This document shows, in pieces, positions 37,360 to 50,785 of a stretch of 64,000 nt of DNA (positions are counted from its first letter, which is position 1; every line of letters starts with the position of its first letter). The stretch covers positions 19,220,001-19,284,000 of the forward strand of contig OY740809.1 of assembly GCA_963514005.1 (NCBI GenBank), read 5' to 3'. The notes beneath the pieces were generated by a model, which was not told the DNA's origin, made no database searches, and was given only the letters and a program-made list of their open reading frames with translations. A program made the position numbers and the translations under genes. Origin of the DNA: Raja brachyura (lineage: Eukaryota).

Positions 37360-40342
37360 CTTCAGTCAGAAGAAGGGTTCCAACCAGAAATTAATTCCTT
37401 CATCACTGATGCTGCCTGATCCAGCATTGAGTAACTCCAGCACTTGTTTGCTCTCATATAGCCCTTTATTCATTGATCGCTACATGTCGTCAGGTGTCTC
37501 AGTGTCAAATATTGTTCAATAATACTCTGGCAAAACGCCGTAGGACGTTTTTACTCAGTTAAAAGCATCTTGTAAATGTTCTCAGATTGTGTTGAGTATG
37601 TGTGTGGAGAAGGAGAGCTGGAGAAGGGGGCTGTTCAGTTTGGTGTTGGTTTGGGGGTCTAAATCAAAACTGGAAGAAAACAGGCTTTGTAACAGACTGA
37701 ACGTAGACAGAAAATACTGGAGTAACTCAGCGGGTCAGACAGCATCTCTGGAGAGAAGGAATAGGTGATGTTTCAGGTCAAAAGCCTTCTTCTGACTGAC
37801 TTCAGCTCCACTTTGCACAGACTGAATTGGTCCCACATAATTCCTAACACGCAACCTTCTGCTTACTGGGTTTACCTCTTTCACTAGGTATGAAATCCAA
37901 AATAACTGTCCAATTTAATGTGTACTTTTCTTTATCGGGATTGTCACTGAGATGTGCGGGCAGGGAGTAACTGGGGCCAGGTAAACAAACAAAAAAATCT
38001 GGGGAAAGGCTGCATCCGCGTAGGACCCAGCCCGGCATTGCTTATAGCAGTGGAGGAAGGAACTGCAGATGCTGGTTTAAACCGAAGATAGACACAAAAT
38101 GCTGGAGCAACTCAGCGGGACAGGCAGCATCCCTGGAGAGAAGGAATGGGTGACGTTTCGGGGTCGAGACCCTTCTCTAACATTGATTCCAGCGGGGTTA
38201 TATTCCTCAATAATTCCCACTGCTTTATGAGTGTAAATAAGAATTAAATACACCAATTGGTTTAGATCTCAAAGGCAGCCAGTTATTTTATAATAATTCA
38301 AGACAATCGCCGGTAGAGGGCAGAAAGTATTGTATTTATTAATTTGCTTTGTTTTTCCCCCCAGAAGTATTTAGAAGCAGAGCCGAGCATCCCTGAGTTC
38401 TGACCCCGGGTTACTCAGGCACCGGGGGGTTTTGCTCTTGTCCGTGCCAGTCCACCAGCAGCTAAAGTAACTCTGGCCGTGATGCTCACCAGCACTTGGC
38501 GTTAATTATTTACAATAATTTGCAATCACGTCAAACATATTTTTGGTCACGAATGTAATTCTCGCAAATGTTCGGCTGTATTGTCCACTGGAAACTGGCG
38601 TGTGTGAGAAACACTGAGAGAGAGAGAGAGAGAGAATGCAACATATTGGAGTAGGATGTTGAGGTCCAGAAGTACAAATCCAGGAGGGGAACAGCCTTGA
38701 AAGCCTTGAGTTAGGGTGAGGGTGGTGAAGTGTGTTGGCGTGTGAGGCTGGGGGTGAAAGTTGTTGCTATTCATCGTGTAGTGTGTTTGATAACCTACCA
38801 GGCGCTATCACTGGGCGAACCGACCCGAGGACACCACTGTACACTGTGGATTGCACCTGCTCGCTCACAGATACCGTGCAGGAAGGACATGCTTTAGGGG
38901 TTGTGCAGGAAGGAACTGAGGACGAAGCCACAAAAATGCTGGAGTAACTCAGCGGGACAGGCAGCATCTCTGGAGAGAAGGAACGGGTGATGTTTCGGGT
39001 CTAGACTCTTCTTCAGACTCATGGTGGTGGTTTACACCGAAGATAGATACGAAATGCTGGATTGACACAGTCAGCCGGTATCTCCGGAATAGAAGGGATG
39101 GGTGCGATGCAATACTTTAGGGTTTGCGTGTGATGTGAATGGAGCCCAAAATATGACATGTTCATATCGGTGCTTTTAACATGCTACCTAGCAATACTTA
39201 TAGCATTTCGGTTTTCCAAGTCTACGTGCAATAACGTCTCCGCCTGTTTTTCGCGCTGTCGGTCGAGTACATGCCTTGGTGTAAAGCGTATTCGACTTCA
39301 CATAGGTGTCATTTGTGTAGTGGTTGCAACTTGTCAAGAGGGAGAGAGGCGTCCACAACTAAGACTAGAAGATTCACAGGAAGGAACTGCAGATGCTGGT
39401 TCAAACCGAAGACAGACACAAAATGCTGGAGTAACTCAGCGGGGACAGGAAGATCTCTGGAGAGAAGGAATGGGTGACGTTTCTCTCCTGAGATGCTGCC
39501 TGTACCGCCGAGTTACTCCGGCATTTAGTGCCCATCTATGACGAGAAGATGATGTCCTGTCCATATATACCCCGGGTTCCTGTGCACTCGTTCTGTGTGC
39601 GAAAATAGATTCACGCAATACCAACCACTGCAGCCAACTCAAATCCTGACTTTGCGAACATGAAAATGCTCTGAAATATTATTAAATTGGAAACTGTCAA
39701 AGGAGCGGTGGTAAAATGATGCGGGTTTAACCCCAGTCTAATGGGGAAAGTGTATCCCAGTGCGCCTCTGCAGCAAGAAGAAACTCGGCCCCTGAGTACA
39801 TGACTCTGTGTAACACAACCCTGCATTTCCACACCTATGCTAATTACCATTTTCAAACTCTGGCACATCTTTTTAAGGCATCATTTGGGCTGGTAATCTG
39901 AAATCATTTTAAACACCTTCAATTCAACGCTAGTGAGTGACGTTCGCAATATTCCAATTGAGTTGAATGTCCGGATTAAAATATTTTATTACGAACTATC
40001 TTCCCGCAAGAACCAGCGAGGCGAGGCAATCAAATTATACACGGCCAGTTCGGGCAAGCAATTGATTCCTTTGGTGATAACCTCGATAATCTGACACCCA
40101 ACCTCTCCCATCCTTTCTCTGCAATCATTTCTACAGTGGAAACCGACAGCAACCGTTATCATTTGTTCTTTGTAGCTTTTCATACCTCTAGTTTCCCGCT
40201 CCCCTGACTCTCAGTCTGAAGGGTCTCGACCCGAAACGTCACCTATTCGTTTTCTCCAGAGATGCTGCCTGGCCCGCTGAGTTACTCCAGCATGATGTGC
40301 CTATCTTCAGTGTGAACCAGCATCTGCAGTTCCTTCCTACAA
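37360..40342. mobile_element. Cluster of six short PLE terminal-repeat copies (~37360-37450, 37703-37800, 38053-38178, 38905-39100, 39376-39540, 40180-40342)
   Basis: Each contains part of gaaggaactgcagatgctgg...aaatgctggagtaactcagcgg...gcagcatctctggagagaaggaa...gacgtttcgggtcgagaccc or its reverse complement, separated by unique DNA. Confidence 0.8.
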
Positions 40343-41986
40343 TTGTTGACATCGGTCTTGGCCCAGACTTACTTTACCCTGGTCTTTGCCCAGTAGGGCG
40401 GTATTTCTGTTCCTGATCTAAATCACCTTTCGACTGATTTTGAAACATCTCCCGCCTTTGGAACACATTTGAAGATTGGTCACTAGAATGTGATTGTACT
40501 AATGAAGAACCGAGACCAAATCGCTGAAAGTTCGGTGTATAACAGGTTAAATGATACAACCCGCCAAGCTTTACCAAACGCGCCCCCCTTCAGAAACGCC
40601 TTTCAGATCATGTAAAACGTAATAGTCAACGTTTTAATAAATTAATAATCTCTCTGTTGGACTTTGTCAAATTAGTGCCGTTTTGCCGGGCAGCAAAGAT
40701 AAAGAGAGATGGGCGGCCCATATAATATTTAGCATAGTGGGCGAATGATGATCCTGCAAACAACACTTCAATCAAACACTTGATTTTTGTTTGAATTTGT
40801 ACAATAACATTGTAATACATTGTTTTAATTCGATACCTTAAACCTATTTTCTTATTCTATGAACTGGAACGACGAGGGCGTGTGTATATTTACATTCGGT
40901 TCTATACTTTTGAATAATTGTCTAATATTATTTGATATTTAAGGATCTGGGATTAACTGATATTATTTCTCTTGTGCCTCTGTGACCTTGAATATTTCAC
41001 CACATATTATGTTCATGCCTCTATCTTGTTTTTCTAATTTCATAGTACACTTTAGATAAATTATTCATATAATATATGCTGCTTTTACTATTTTATTATA
41101 TATTAATGTAGCTTTTGCAGGTATGTGCAATGTTTATCTCGGCAACTCCATGATTTATTCATAATGACTAGACTACGACATTGCTAATTCCCTGTTGCTT
41201 TATTTATAGATGAATATCATAATGTACTTACAGAAGGTGTGACTGGTGATTATTTATTTATTTGCTGAGATTACCAATAAAGTCCATTCTCGTCTTTGGA
41301 GATTTCCTCCAAAACACTCGACAATAATCCCAATTTTACCTGCAATGGTTAATAATGCATATAGCCTTGCCTAGCTGTGCATAGATTTCATTCTCAGTAA
41401 ACTGAAAAAAATGACCAAAAAGATTAATTTTGTCTGGCAACGCTGTGCAGCCTCTTTCAATCGTTATTTTTTTGTGTGCAAATTGTTGTTTAAGAAATTC
41501 TGAATATCACTGTAAAGTCATGCAGAATGTGGCAGGGTAAGACTTGTAATTAAGGATGAGTGGTATATCCAGATTGATCCCAACTGAGCCTCTTCAGGTT
41601 AATTGAAAGATATCTGAATGTATCCCTGTGCTCAGTTTAGATGCGCCCCTTTGAGTACAACATTGACACACACACAAAATATCCCTTTGCACATCTGTGA
41701 TCCCAGTTCTACTGTTTCTTAATGTGTTTTCCCGCTGTCTGTGCCTTGGAGGGTATATTGCTCCTTGCATTGTGTATGATGAGTGTTTCGTTAACATTTT
41801 TCTCCACCATTTTGACCGGACCCACAATGACAACATCAAGGCAATATCTTTTAATTTAAACTGACTCCTTTACTACTTTGTGGCATTTGTAAACTACTGT
41901 GCTGGTCATAAATCTTATGTATGTGTGTACATGCACAGAAGGGGTAAGATGGGGGCACTGAGATGGGGGCAAATGCAGTCCTACAA

Positions 41987-42013
41987 TGTGTGTGTGTGTG
42001 TGTGTGTGTGTGT
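41987..42013. repeat. (GT)n microsatellite
   Basis: Pure TG run. Confidence 0.95.
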
Positions 42014-45000
42014 CTGATATATCCTAGTTTAATAGGGAAGAAAGGAGATATACATCTGAGCCCCCTTGCTCTTTAGTTGCACAATGCAATCAAGCTCCCG
42101 GTGGACAAGCAAAGCAAGCTCTCTGCTTACTGGTGTAGCATTAATATTCAAACATTTTCATTCCCCTCCTGCCTTGTTACTAAGCCTGTATCACTCAGTT
42201 TACTATTCAATCAGGAATCAGCACATTCTCCCTTTCATGCTAGCTTCCATGTTATTTGTCACCACACTGGCTAGATGAGGGCTCCGCAAGTTAAAAGAAA
42301 TTAGTCCTTACATTTGTCTTATTATGAAATAGTTTTAAATCCCGCTCACATATCAGAAATAGAGCTTTCTGCTCCTATTTTTCATGCAAATGAATTCTTC
42401 AGATAACATCCAAACCATATACCACCCAGAAGACCTTGAATTTTATGTTTCCGCGATCACATCAAATGTACAGTTATGGTACGAACTGGTACCTCATCCC
42501 GGTGAAGATTTTGTTCAAATCTATTCCAAATGAAATGTCAGTTATGTAGTATTTAATCTCGTCATGTCTTGAAACTCAGCAAAAAACAGGATGGCAATAA
42601 ATTCTAGTAATTCAGTGTCATGTATTCTTTGAGGAAAATTCTATGTAATACAAAAGACCAGTCCAGTAGATCAAAATTTCATATTCTACTATTGAGGCAA
42701 TTTCATATACCAATTAAGACTTTGCATCTGTTTGGTAGCATATGATGTGGAGAAATCTTAAACAATCTGCCTACATTGATGCTCTATAATAGGTGGTCTG
42801 CAATACAGAATAAAATAAGTGTAAAATAGACTATTTTGGAAGAGCAAACTATTTTATTTTTCCTGGCATCTGAGGTATTAAAAACAAAATAGTTTAGAAT
42901 GCTTTTTATAATGGAATATGCCTGTACAGGTAGTAAAAATACATAAACATGATGTATGTATCGTGGTATATATTTCATTTTTAATTAATTTATTTTGAGA
43001 AATAGAAGGTGGATGACAAATAATTTTATTGTTCTGAACCTTGCCTTATTTTTTTGTTAATGCAATGGGTTAGGAAACTTTGGCTTGCAATTCTTCTATT
43101 TCAATATTGAATCTGAATGTTAGCTAATGTTAATGAAAAGAATTCAGATTCAAAGCATTAAAATGTTAGTTACATAGTCAGTTTATAACTTAGTCCAAAA
43201 CTTGGCAAGGCAAAAACTTTTTTCATCTGATCTTACTATTTCCTACTGAACAGCATAAGCTGCTGACTTGCAAAGATTCAGAGGCAACCCGCTTGAACGT
43301 AAATTGGTGTCATATTTAAAGTTTCAGTTGATCTATATTTAAATTTACTTCAACAATGATTGAATGGGCTGGAGGTTCTCTTCAGATGGTGTAATAGTCT
43401 TAATTGAAGACTTATGTGACTTCACTTATTTGAATATTTATGCAATAGTAAACAAAGAGTTATCTAATTTGCACAAAACTGAGATAAACAAAATCCATAA
43501 CTCGATTTTTCTACTAAATTTTGGTAATATATCTACTCATTAATAAAAATATTTTAGAATATGCTTCAATGTCTGTTATTCCCTTGCTGTACAAAAGGGG
43601 TTCTGTTTCTGACACAACAATAAGATTGCCTGGGGCAGTGTTGAACTATTTGTTGGGGATTTTCCAGCAGTTTTTAATTGATTAGAGCCCTTTGTTATTG
43701 CTAACCATAATCTATTCTCAGATAAGGTTCACAACACCACATATTTATAGTGACAAATAAGTTAAATTTAATTTATATTAGATGAAATTTGTGTAGATTT
43801 AATCTTGGGGGAGCAAGATTCTGGATTTTTATCCATTTCATTAAAACAGAGTGATAAGAACAATGCATGTACATTGAGGAAAGACAATTGCTATAGGTGA
43901 AATAAGATCTAACCGCATTGGTGTTAAACCCGATCTTAGATTAATAATAAACACACCATCTACAGCAGCCTGTCTCTAACTCTGCCAATACGTGATTCCT
44001 ACTAAAATATCAGAACTTGGAATAGTTTAAAGGTATTTTAGGCAATTAGCTATTTCAATTACTGATTTTAATTCAGAGCCATAATTTCAACAATTAACCT
44101 TAACATTAAGTTGTCACTCCAAATCTATGGGTCCCTAAATTAGTCTCGTCCTATTTTTATAATATCAAGCATTAAATATGATGCCCTACTGTAGAAAATA
44201 CACAAAACAAGCCTGTCATTGTAAAGTTCTCTTTAAAAATCTGGTATGAAATCTAAATGAAGTAAAAACTAATTGCCCTTCATAGAGTTGTTTCTCCCTT
44301 GTCATTTCTTACTGGTTCCTCTGCCAACCCTATTTTCTTTAAACAACTCAAGTAGGGAGTTAAGCTGTCCAACAGGGGCCCCTTTTATGTGAGGTGTGCA
44401 TTGCCAAAAGACTGTGAGGATAAGATTCTTGGTATGCTGATTTTGAATTATTTTATGAAACTGGCTTACCATTCAAATGAAGTTAACTAGTATTCTTTTC
44501 ATGTTACAATAGAACTAGGGCTGTGATGGTAAACTGCTCGCTGTTATGATAGTGATATATCGGCAAATAGAAAAGGGATGATTTATTTCAGTTGCAAACT
44601 CATTAGTATTCGTTGTGCAGCCCTAACCAGGGTTCAGGCAAATTTGAATCAGAAACTGGCAAAAGCCCACTTCTCAAAAGCATCTGGACTAGACTGTCTC
44701 AACTTGGATGGAAGGCAATGGTTTTGAATCTCAGCTCTTGCTAACATTTGGAATCAAGTTTCCCCGCAGGCAATCAGCTACTACTGATCTTGGCCAGGTG
44801 AAAAACTTCACTGATGGTATGGAGCAAAAAATATGTGGGGCTCCAAATTGGTTAGTGGGCACAAAATAGGAATCATGGGGTCTGTTGAGATGGTTGCCCA
44901 ACTCCAGAGCTTTGGAAACAGAGAATACTAGATTAAAATTGTAATTCCAACCTAATCGCAAATTTGGTAGTGAAAACACAAACAAATATCGTAACTGAAT

Positions 45001-46160
45001 TATAGTATAGATATGGCCACATATGGTCTGAGACAACAGAAGGATCTATGTGACAGTGATTGTTTGCTAAATCGTACATAGCCACACCACTCAAGTTCAG
45101 ATCTTCAAATTGTTACACAATCACAGCCAATGCTGCAAAACAGGTATTATAACAAATACTAAATACTAACTACATACACCCATAAGGTTAGAGCAAAACA
45201 AATAAAAAAGGGTGCACAATTGTTTAAATGAAAAGCCTCTCTGGGACAATTTGACTATGCAACCTTAAAGACTACCATAACTGACCCATAGTATCCTGAA
45301 ATCAGAGATAAACATGTGCCTTTGTATTTGTATCCAGTCAGTAATAAAAACGTTTAACTTTTCTAGGAAAAATATATTTTCCTATGCATTTTGACGAATA
45401 TGAGCAAAATGGAATGGAGAGAGGGATGCTCTAATATGCCTAAGAATGCACAAAATAAAGAAATACAATTGACAAACCAGGCAACTATTAAAATTCAAGA
45501 AATTTAGTTTGACCTTACATCACTTTTAATGATTTCTTGTCACTGCTTTTTTGCTTAAGTGACATTCAATCCAGGCAACAGCAGAAAGGATTAACAAGCA
45601 AAACCCAGCATGGTGTCAACACCCCCCCCCCCCCAACCTCCAGGAGAAGAGGCAGGGCACAGTTGGGTCCTGCGTATACATTATATGCAAGTAATAAAAT
45701 ATTACTATAACAAAATATTAATATGGCTCTGCAGCCTGTCTTTGATAAGATACAACAAAAAAATGTACTAAAACAAACATTGTTTGAATTGCTGTAACAT
45801 AACCCCAATGAGAGCTACAGGAAAAAGAAAGTTTCAAATACGCGTTTATGAAATAAATACAAGGGGGAAATTCATATGGAAATTATATTAAAATATCCTC
45901 TGGGAATTAGTAAGCATACAAAAAAAATCATCCAAAATCATTAAATTCCAAAAAAACAAATACATATGTAACATAGTCAACATATTTACATATTACATAG
46001 TGGTACAGTAAAAAAAGCAGACAATTATTATGTTTCCAATTACTAAACAAGCCACTTTTTCCACTGCTTTATGTCCTAAGTAATGTTTAACTCACCGAGG
46101 TTTAACTTCTTCACCTTTCTTTAGATGATCTGTAAACATTCTAACACGTATAATGTACAC

Positions 46161-46166
46161 TTTATT
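46161..46166 (-). terminator. Candidate polyadenylation signal of POU3F1 (AATAAA)
   Basis: Minus strand reads ccaaAATAAAgtgtacattatacgtgttag, ~1.6 kb after the stop, in a U-rich 3'-UTR-like tract. An alternative AATAAA lies at 47168-47173. Confidence 0.45.
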
Positions 46167-47778
46167 TTGGCAATTGTCTAGGTGAATTATTTTTCAGAGG
46201 AAATTTACAAGGTCAGTATCTTAAGTCCTGATGAAAAAAAGAACAATGTCAATTAGCTTGAAAAAAAAAAATCCAGATAGAAATAAAACAGTATTGTGTG
46301 GTAGGGGGACCCCAAATTATTTCTTCTTTACATCAAATAGCAACGCTGCAACTTGGAATAGTAGCAATTTCTCAGAAATGCACGGTTATGTTTTTTTTTC
46401 CTGCACAAATGTCTGAAATGAAAAAGGAAATGCGTCTCGGGGAATGAGGCGTTTTGTTTGTTAATCTGTTCTTTAATTCCTGAGTTCTTTTTTGGGAGGG
46501 GGGGTTGGTGGTCGGAGACCCGAGAATTATTCGCGTCCGGCGAGATTTAAGAGCGGGGAGGTAAACTGTGGCCTGCACATCGGCACATTTACTTGTTTGC
46601 CATGTTTGACGTATTTGCATTTACAGAACAATCAAAGATATATTGTTGCTGTAAAAAGAAACCGGCAAACGAAATGAATGTACAACGCGATACCAGTTCA
46701 GTCATTTAAGTGCATCTCGACGCAAAAGGGCCCACTACTTCTCATTTTAACTTGTTTCGTTTTTCCACATGGTAAACTTAAACGGGTGATCGGCAATGGA
46801 CCATTTCAACTCTTCAATTATTTTTCATTCACGTGTTTCCGCCTCGTCCCAACATTTAAAGACACCTTTTCACAAAGTTGTTAACTGACGTCAGTTTCTT
46901 TGATTTCTTAAACTTGTCTTAACTCGCCTGACATTATATTTTTTTAAACAGGATCGGCAGTGAACGCTTGCACTGATACAAAAACTTCAGACCTCCCTTT
47001 CAGTTTTCAACAATTTATCTGACAGAATGACTTCAACATTTCATGGGCAAATTTCGCAAGTAAGTGCACAGTCCAAATCAGGGTTTGTTCTCAACAAGAA
47101 CTGATGTTTGTAAGACATTGATTTATCCGGGATGCCAGACCATGTTCTCAATGAATCGATTTGAATATTTATTTAAAATCACAGAAATAAAAGTGAAAAC
47201 AATTGATCTTCCGGCGTCCATTACTTACTTACAAGACACATCCTCTGAGGGCGAACTATATATAAATATTTGTTTTAATAAAATTCGTGACAGATCAGTT
47301 CAAGATAATAAATATACGCTTTTCCCCCACCGGCGGTCTGCCACATTTAACAAACCTGCTACTGTATGCGGACAATTCGATGGTTGCCTTTACTTTTTGT
47401 TTAAACTCAGCTCTTGCTTACCCTTTAAGAGAAACCGCTGCTTTCAGGAATCCCCTGAAACAATTCAGCAGAGAAAAATATTATTTTTTGTTACAACTTT
47501 TGCAAATTATCCGTGTCAATTAATTTACGGGGAGGGGGGGAAGCTTTGTTCTACAGCAGGGGAAAAAAAATAACCACTTGATTTACCACAAGAAATGCAT
47601 GAAATGTATGTTTTCCCTCTTTCCTAAGCATGAGTACAGTCCAGTGCTAAATAATCAGTCTCTGCAACACTGGCTAGATCCCTTTTTCAGACAGTTTTTT
47701 TTTTGCTTTGTAAAATCCAGTTTAATTTTTTTTTTAGTCTTTTTTTCTTGGTGGGAAGTGGGTGTGTGTTTGGAACAG

Positions 47779-48912
47779 TCATTGAACAGGGGACTGCAGT
47801 GTGTGATGAAGCGGCGGAGTGTCCCTTTGTGAATATACATCCTCCATCCCTGGGTGCCCGGGGATCCCGGCTGGGGTCATCCGCTTTTCTTTTTGTCTTC
47901 TGTTACAAAACCAAACTCTGACCACTTCTTTCTCTAACTGCAGACTGTCAGCCAAGCTGGTGATCTCATGAGCCGATGGCTTGGGGCACTTTAAGAAGTG
48001 ATTCTCCAACGCCCCCTTCACTCCAATCTCAATGGACGTCCGCTTCTTCCTCTTCCTCCCTTGGGCAGCGATCTTGTCTATGCTGGTGGGACTCCCCGAG
48101 GTGGAGTCAGTCTCCTCCAGCCATTTGTTCAACAGGGGCTTCAGTTTGCACATGTTCTTGAAGCTGAGTTGCAAGGCTTCAAACCTGCAGATGGTGGTCT
48201 GGGAGAAGACGTTGCCGTACAGTGTGCCCAGGGCCAGGCCCACGTCCGCCTGGGTGAAGCCGAGCTTGATCCTCCTTTGTTTGAACTGTTTTGCAAAGTG
48301 CTCCAAGTCATCTGACGTGGGCGCATCTTCATCCGAGTGGTCCTGGTGATGTTGCGGAGGATGCTGCTGGTGGTTGTCATGGCCACCTGGGTCCTCGTGG
48401 AGTGCATCCGTCATCCCATGGTGGAGAGACTGGGTTTGTGGGCTCAGCATGCTGTTGAGGCTGGTGAACCCCGGCTGCGAGTAGATGAGCGGCTGGTGGC
48501 CGTTAGTGGATGGTGGCATCCCCGGGATGTGATGAGCTGCCGCCGTGCCCCAGCCGCCGCCAGGGTGGTTGCCATGAGTCTGTTGATGGACCATATGATG
48601 TGTCCGGTGATGAATGCTGTTTCCAAGGTCATCCCTGGCTGTCTGCACAGTGGCCTTTACTGGGTCTGGTTGTCCGAGGTGAGAAGCGGTGACCCAAGGT
48701 GCCCCGTCAGTGACAGAAGACAGCCACTGGTGGCTGTGCGTAATGGGATGCCCATTGCTGGCCAGCCCATGCAAGTAGTCATTTTGTACCATTTTCTGAA
48801 CTTCTCTATAGGTAGTTCCTGGATGCATCCTGTCAGAGTCCGGATGCACCAAAGAGTTAGAGTGGAGCGGGTTATTCCTCGGAATGTAATGAGCCGAAGC
48901 TGTGGTGGCCAT
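47779..48912 (-). CDS. POU3F1: POU domain class 3 transcription factor 1 (Oct6/SCIP/Tst-1), single-exon CDS, 377 aa
   Basis: Uninterrupted ORF with a complete POU-specific domain ([62 protein letters not shown]) and POU homeodomain ([10 protein letters not shown]...[15 protein letters not shown]). POU3F1-type features: N-terminus MATT..YIPRNN...[38 protein letters not shown]-terminus MTPAG...DVY...HHTLQSPVQ. The ORF track starts at a TTG (48927); the real start is the ATG at 48912 in context gagtcATGG. Confidence 0.93.
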   Translation of the reverse strand: MATTASAHYIPRNNPLHSNSLVHPDSDRMHPGTTYREVQKMVQNDYLHGLASNGHPITHSHQWLSSVTDGAPWVTASHLGQPDPVKATVQTARDDLGNSIHHRTHHMVHQQTHGNHPGGGWGTAAAHHIPGMPPSTNGHQPLIYSQPGFTSLNSMLSPQTQSLHHGMTDALHEDPGGHDNHQQHPPQHHQDHSDEDAPTSDDLEHFAKQFKQRRIKLGFTQADVGLALGTLYGNVFSQTTICRFEALQLSFKNMCKLKPLLNKWLEETDSTSGSPTSIDKIAAQGRKRKKRTSIEIGVKGALENHFLKCPKPSAHEITSLADSLQLEKEVVRVWFCNRRQKEKRMTPAGIPGHPGMEDVYSQRDTPPLHHTLQSPVQ

Positions 48913-49470
48913 GACTCGCACTTCCAAACTGATCAGGTTGCAGCTACTTTGCAGAGCTTTAGCGGAGCCAAGTCCCTAGCAGCGGGAGGGGGGCAAGGAT
49001 CGTACAACACGCCCGCTTGCTCAATTGGCCCACACCCTCTGACTGACAGCCAGACCTCGCTTCTTGATTCGTCGCCGATCGGCGACCTGCCCCTTCTCGC
49101 CAGCAGAGAGCTGAGCGTCTTTGGTTGGAGACGCAGCCGGCCGCACATTGGACACTTGCCGCTGACTGACACCGCTTTGGTCCAACGGGAAGCAGCCGAC
49201 TGGCCAGTCAACGAGCACTCGCGGCTTCGGATCCCGTCTGTCGGCGTGGGATTGGTCACCGTGCAATTCCTTACCACGTGGGGAAACGAATCTCACAGCA
49301 ATCCCCATTTAACAAAAAAAAAGTCACAATAAAAGAGTGCGGAAATGGCTGGGGTCTGCTCATAGATAATACCAATGATCTGAGTGAAGATAACCCGCGT
49401 GTGTTTTAACGTCCGCCGGCAAGTGTTCTCAGTAGAAGAAGCGCGACTGCGGGCTGTTTCACGCCCACCT
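48913..49470 (-). promoter_or_regulatory. CpG-rich promoter / 5' UTR of POU3F1
   Basis: High CpG density directly upstream of the ATG. Three CCAAT boxes on the gene strand (attgg on + at 49024-49028, 49147-49151, 49251-49255) and a CACGTG E-box at 49275-49280. The transcription start site cannot be determined from sequence. Confidence 0.7.
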
Positions 49471-50419
49471 ATAATATTGTTTGTTTCCGCTTTGTTTTTG
49501 TGTACACAGCCGGTTACTGTGGCTGCTTTGGAGAAGTAAAAAAACGAACGATCTTTTATTTTCAGTGAAACCGAGCTTCAAAATAAACGAGTTATGTGCA
49601 AAGACACAGTTGCACATCATTATCACACCAACAAAGCGGGACTGGGACAAATATGACTTATTTGTTTCAATTCATCCACGTTGATACAGATCAGAATCGA
49701 GATAATTATATCTGGTTTATTGTTGGAACAATTCATCTGGATAACTGAAAGAGAAGTTTCTAATTTGTTTATTTTTATGGTTAATACTCATTTCACTCCG
49801 CCCTCAGGGGAATCCACTTTCGGCTTTACAGTCCTGCTTGATTATGTTTCTCTTCACGTCTCTTTTTTTCGCTCCACAGCAAATTACCAATTCTATGAAT
49901 TGCAGAATAGCATTCAGCGCAGGTCTCCCCGCTGCAGGGGAAGTCTCTTATAAACACAAGCACGTTCTTTAATGTTAATTTAGGGCATTTTAATGTTAGA
50001 TCGTACTTTGCAAGGCACCATAACTCTAGACCCACATACACGTTTTACATCGCCCTTAATTCCCATTAGTCCCGCAAATCTCACCGTGGATGCATCTATC
50101 CCTCTTATTTAGTGCGTTTCTTTGCTTTGCAAGTTTTCTTCACACAGTGGACTCTCATTACGAAACTGAGCGCTTGGGGAAGATGGTAAGTTTGCACACT
50201 TCACGGGCTGGAATTTGATTGACACTTATTAGGAAATAATAGTTTCTCGCGCCTTAAAACTCAGTTTAAGTTTTATTTTAAATAAGAGGCTGATGTCTTC
50301 TCAATTTTTGAATTAGAGGTTTGTAGATGCCCACTTTATCAAAATATGCAACCGCTGTACGGTTTTCGTAAAGAAAACATTTTCTGTTGAGCGAAATATA
50401 GGTGAATAATATTGTGTGG

Positions 50420-50420
<1 letters not shown>

Positions 50421-50455
<35 letters not shown>
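50421..50455. repeat. (GT)n microsatellite followed by cgcgc
   Basis: About 15 TG units and then CG alternation. Confidence 0.95.
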
Positions 50456-50669
50456 TTGTTTATCTTCAGGCTTGTTTCCTCGCATCGCCGTGTCTTTCTG
50501 GACTATTTCTTATGTGCTTTTCTTTATTCGCATCGATTAACCCGGCTTTCGCTCATTTACAGGTCACGGTAAAAGTGTGATTTACTTTCGCGGTTACATA
50601 TGTGGGCTGGCGGGCCACAAGTGTGAGAGATCTCTCAGTGAGGCAGGTTGTGCAAATCCGGCCTCGTCT

Positions 50670-50785
50670 CTCTTTCCCCTGGTCCTCAGTCTGAAGAAGG
50701 GTCTCGACCCGAATCGTCATCTATTCCTTCTCTCCAGAGATGCCGCCTGACCCGCTGAGTTACTCCCAACATTTTGTGTCTGTCT
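50670..50785 (+). mobile_element. PLE terminal-repeat copy
   Basis: cagtctgaagaagggtctcgacccgaatcgtc; the hammerhead core has GAAA changed to GAAT. Confidence 0.8.

Noticed and set aside
40801-40813. ACAAT-aac-ATTGT inverted Sox sites as a Sox10 dimer site
   Set aside because: The spacing is shorter than the usual SoxE dimer arrangement and the motif is common in AT-rich DNA.
47064-47573. 169-aa plus-strand ORF
   Set aside because: Antisense to the POU3F1 3' UTR, GTG start, no protein-like features.
47779-48912. Assignment as POU3F4, POU3F2 or POU3F3
   Set aside because: The N-terminus, EETDS, GVKGALE, PSAHEIT and the C-terminal tail fit POU3F1; only the linker resembles the other paralogues.
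48913-48927. N-terminal extension MEVRV in the ORF track
   Set aside because: Begins at TTG; the conserved MATT start with a good Kozak context is at 48912.
48933-49277. 114-aa minus-strand ORF just upstream of POU3F1
   Set aside because: Starts at GTG, is in a different frame from POU3F1 and spans the CCAAT boxes; a GC-rich artefact.
48337-49332. 331-aa plus-strand ORF antisense to POU3F1 and its promoter
   Set aside because: Best explained as a shadow of a GC-rich coding strand and CpG island; no recognisable domain. An antisense RNA cannot be excluded.
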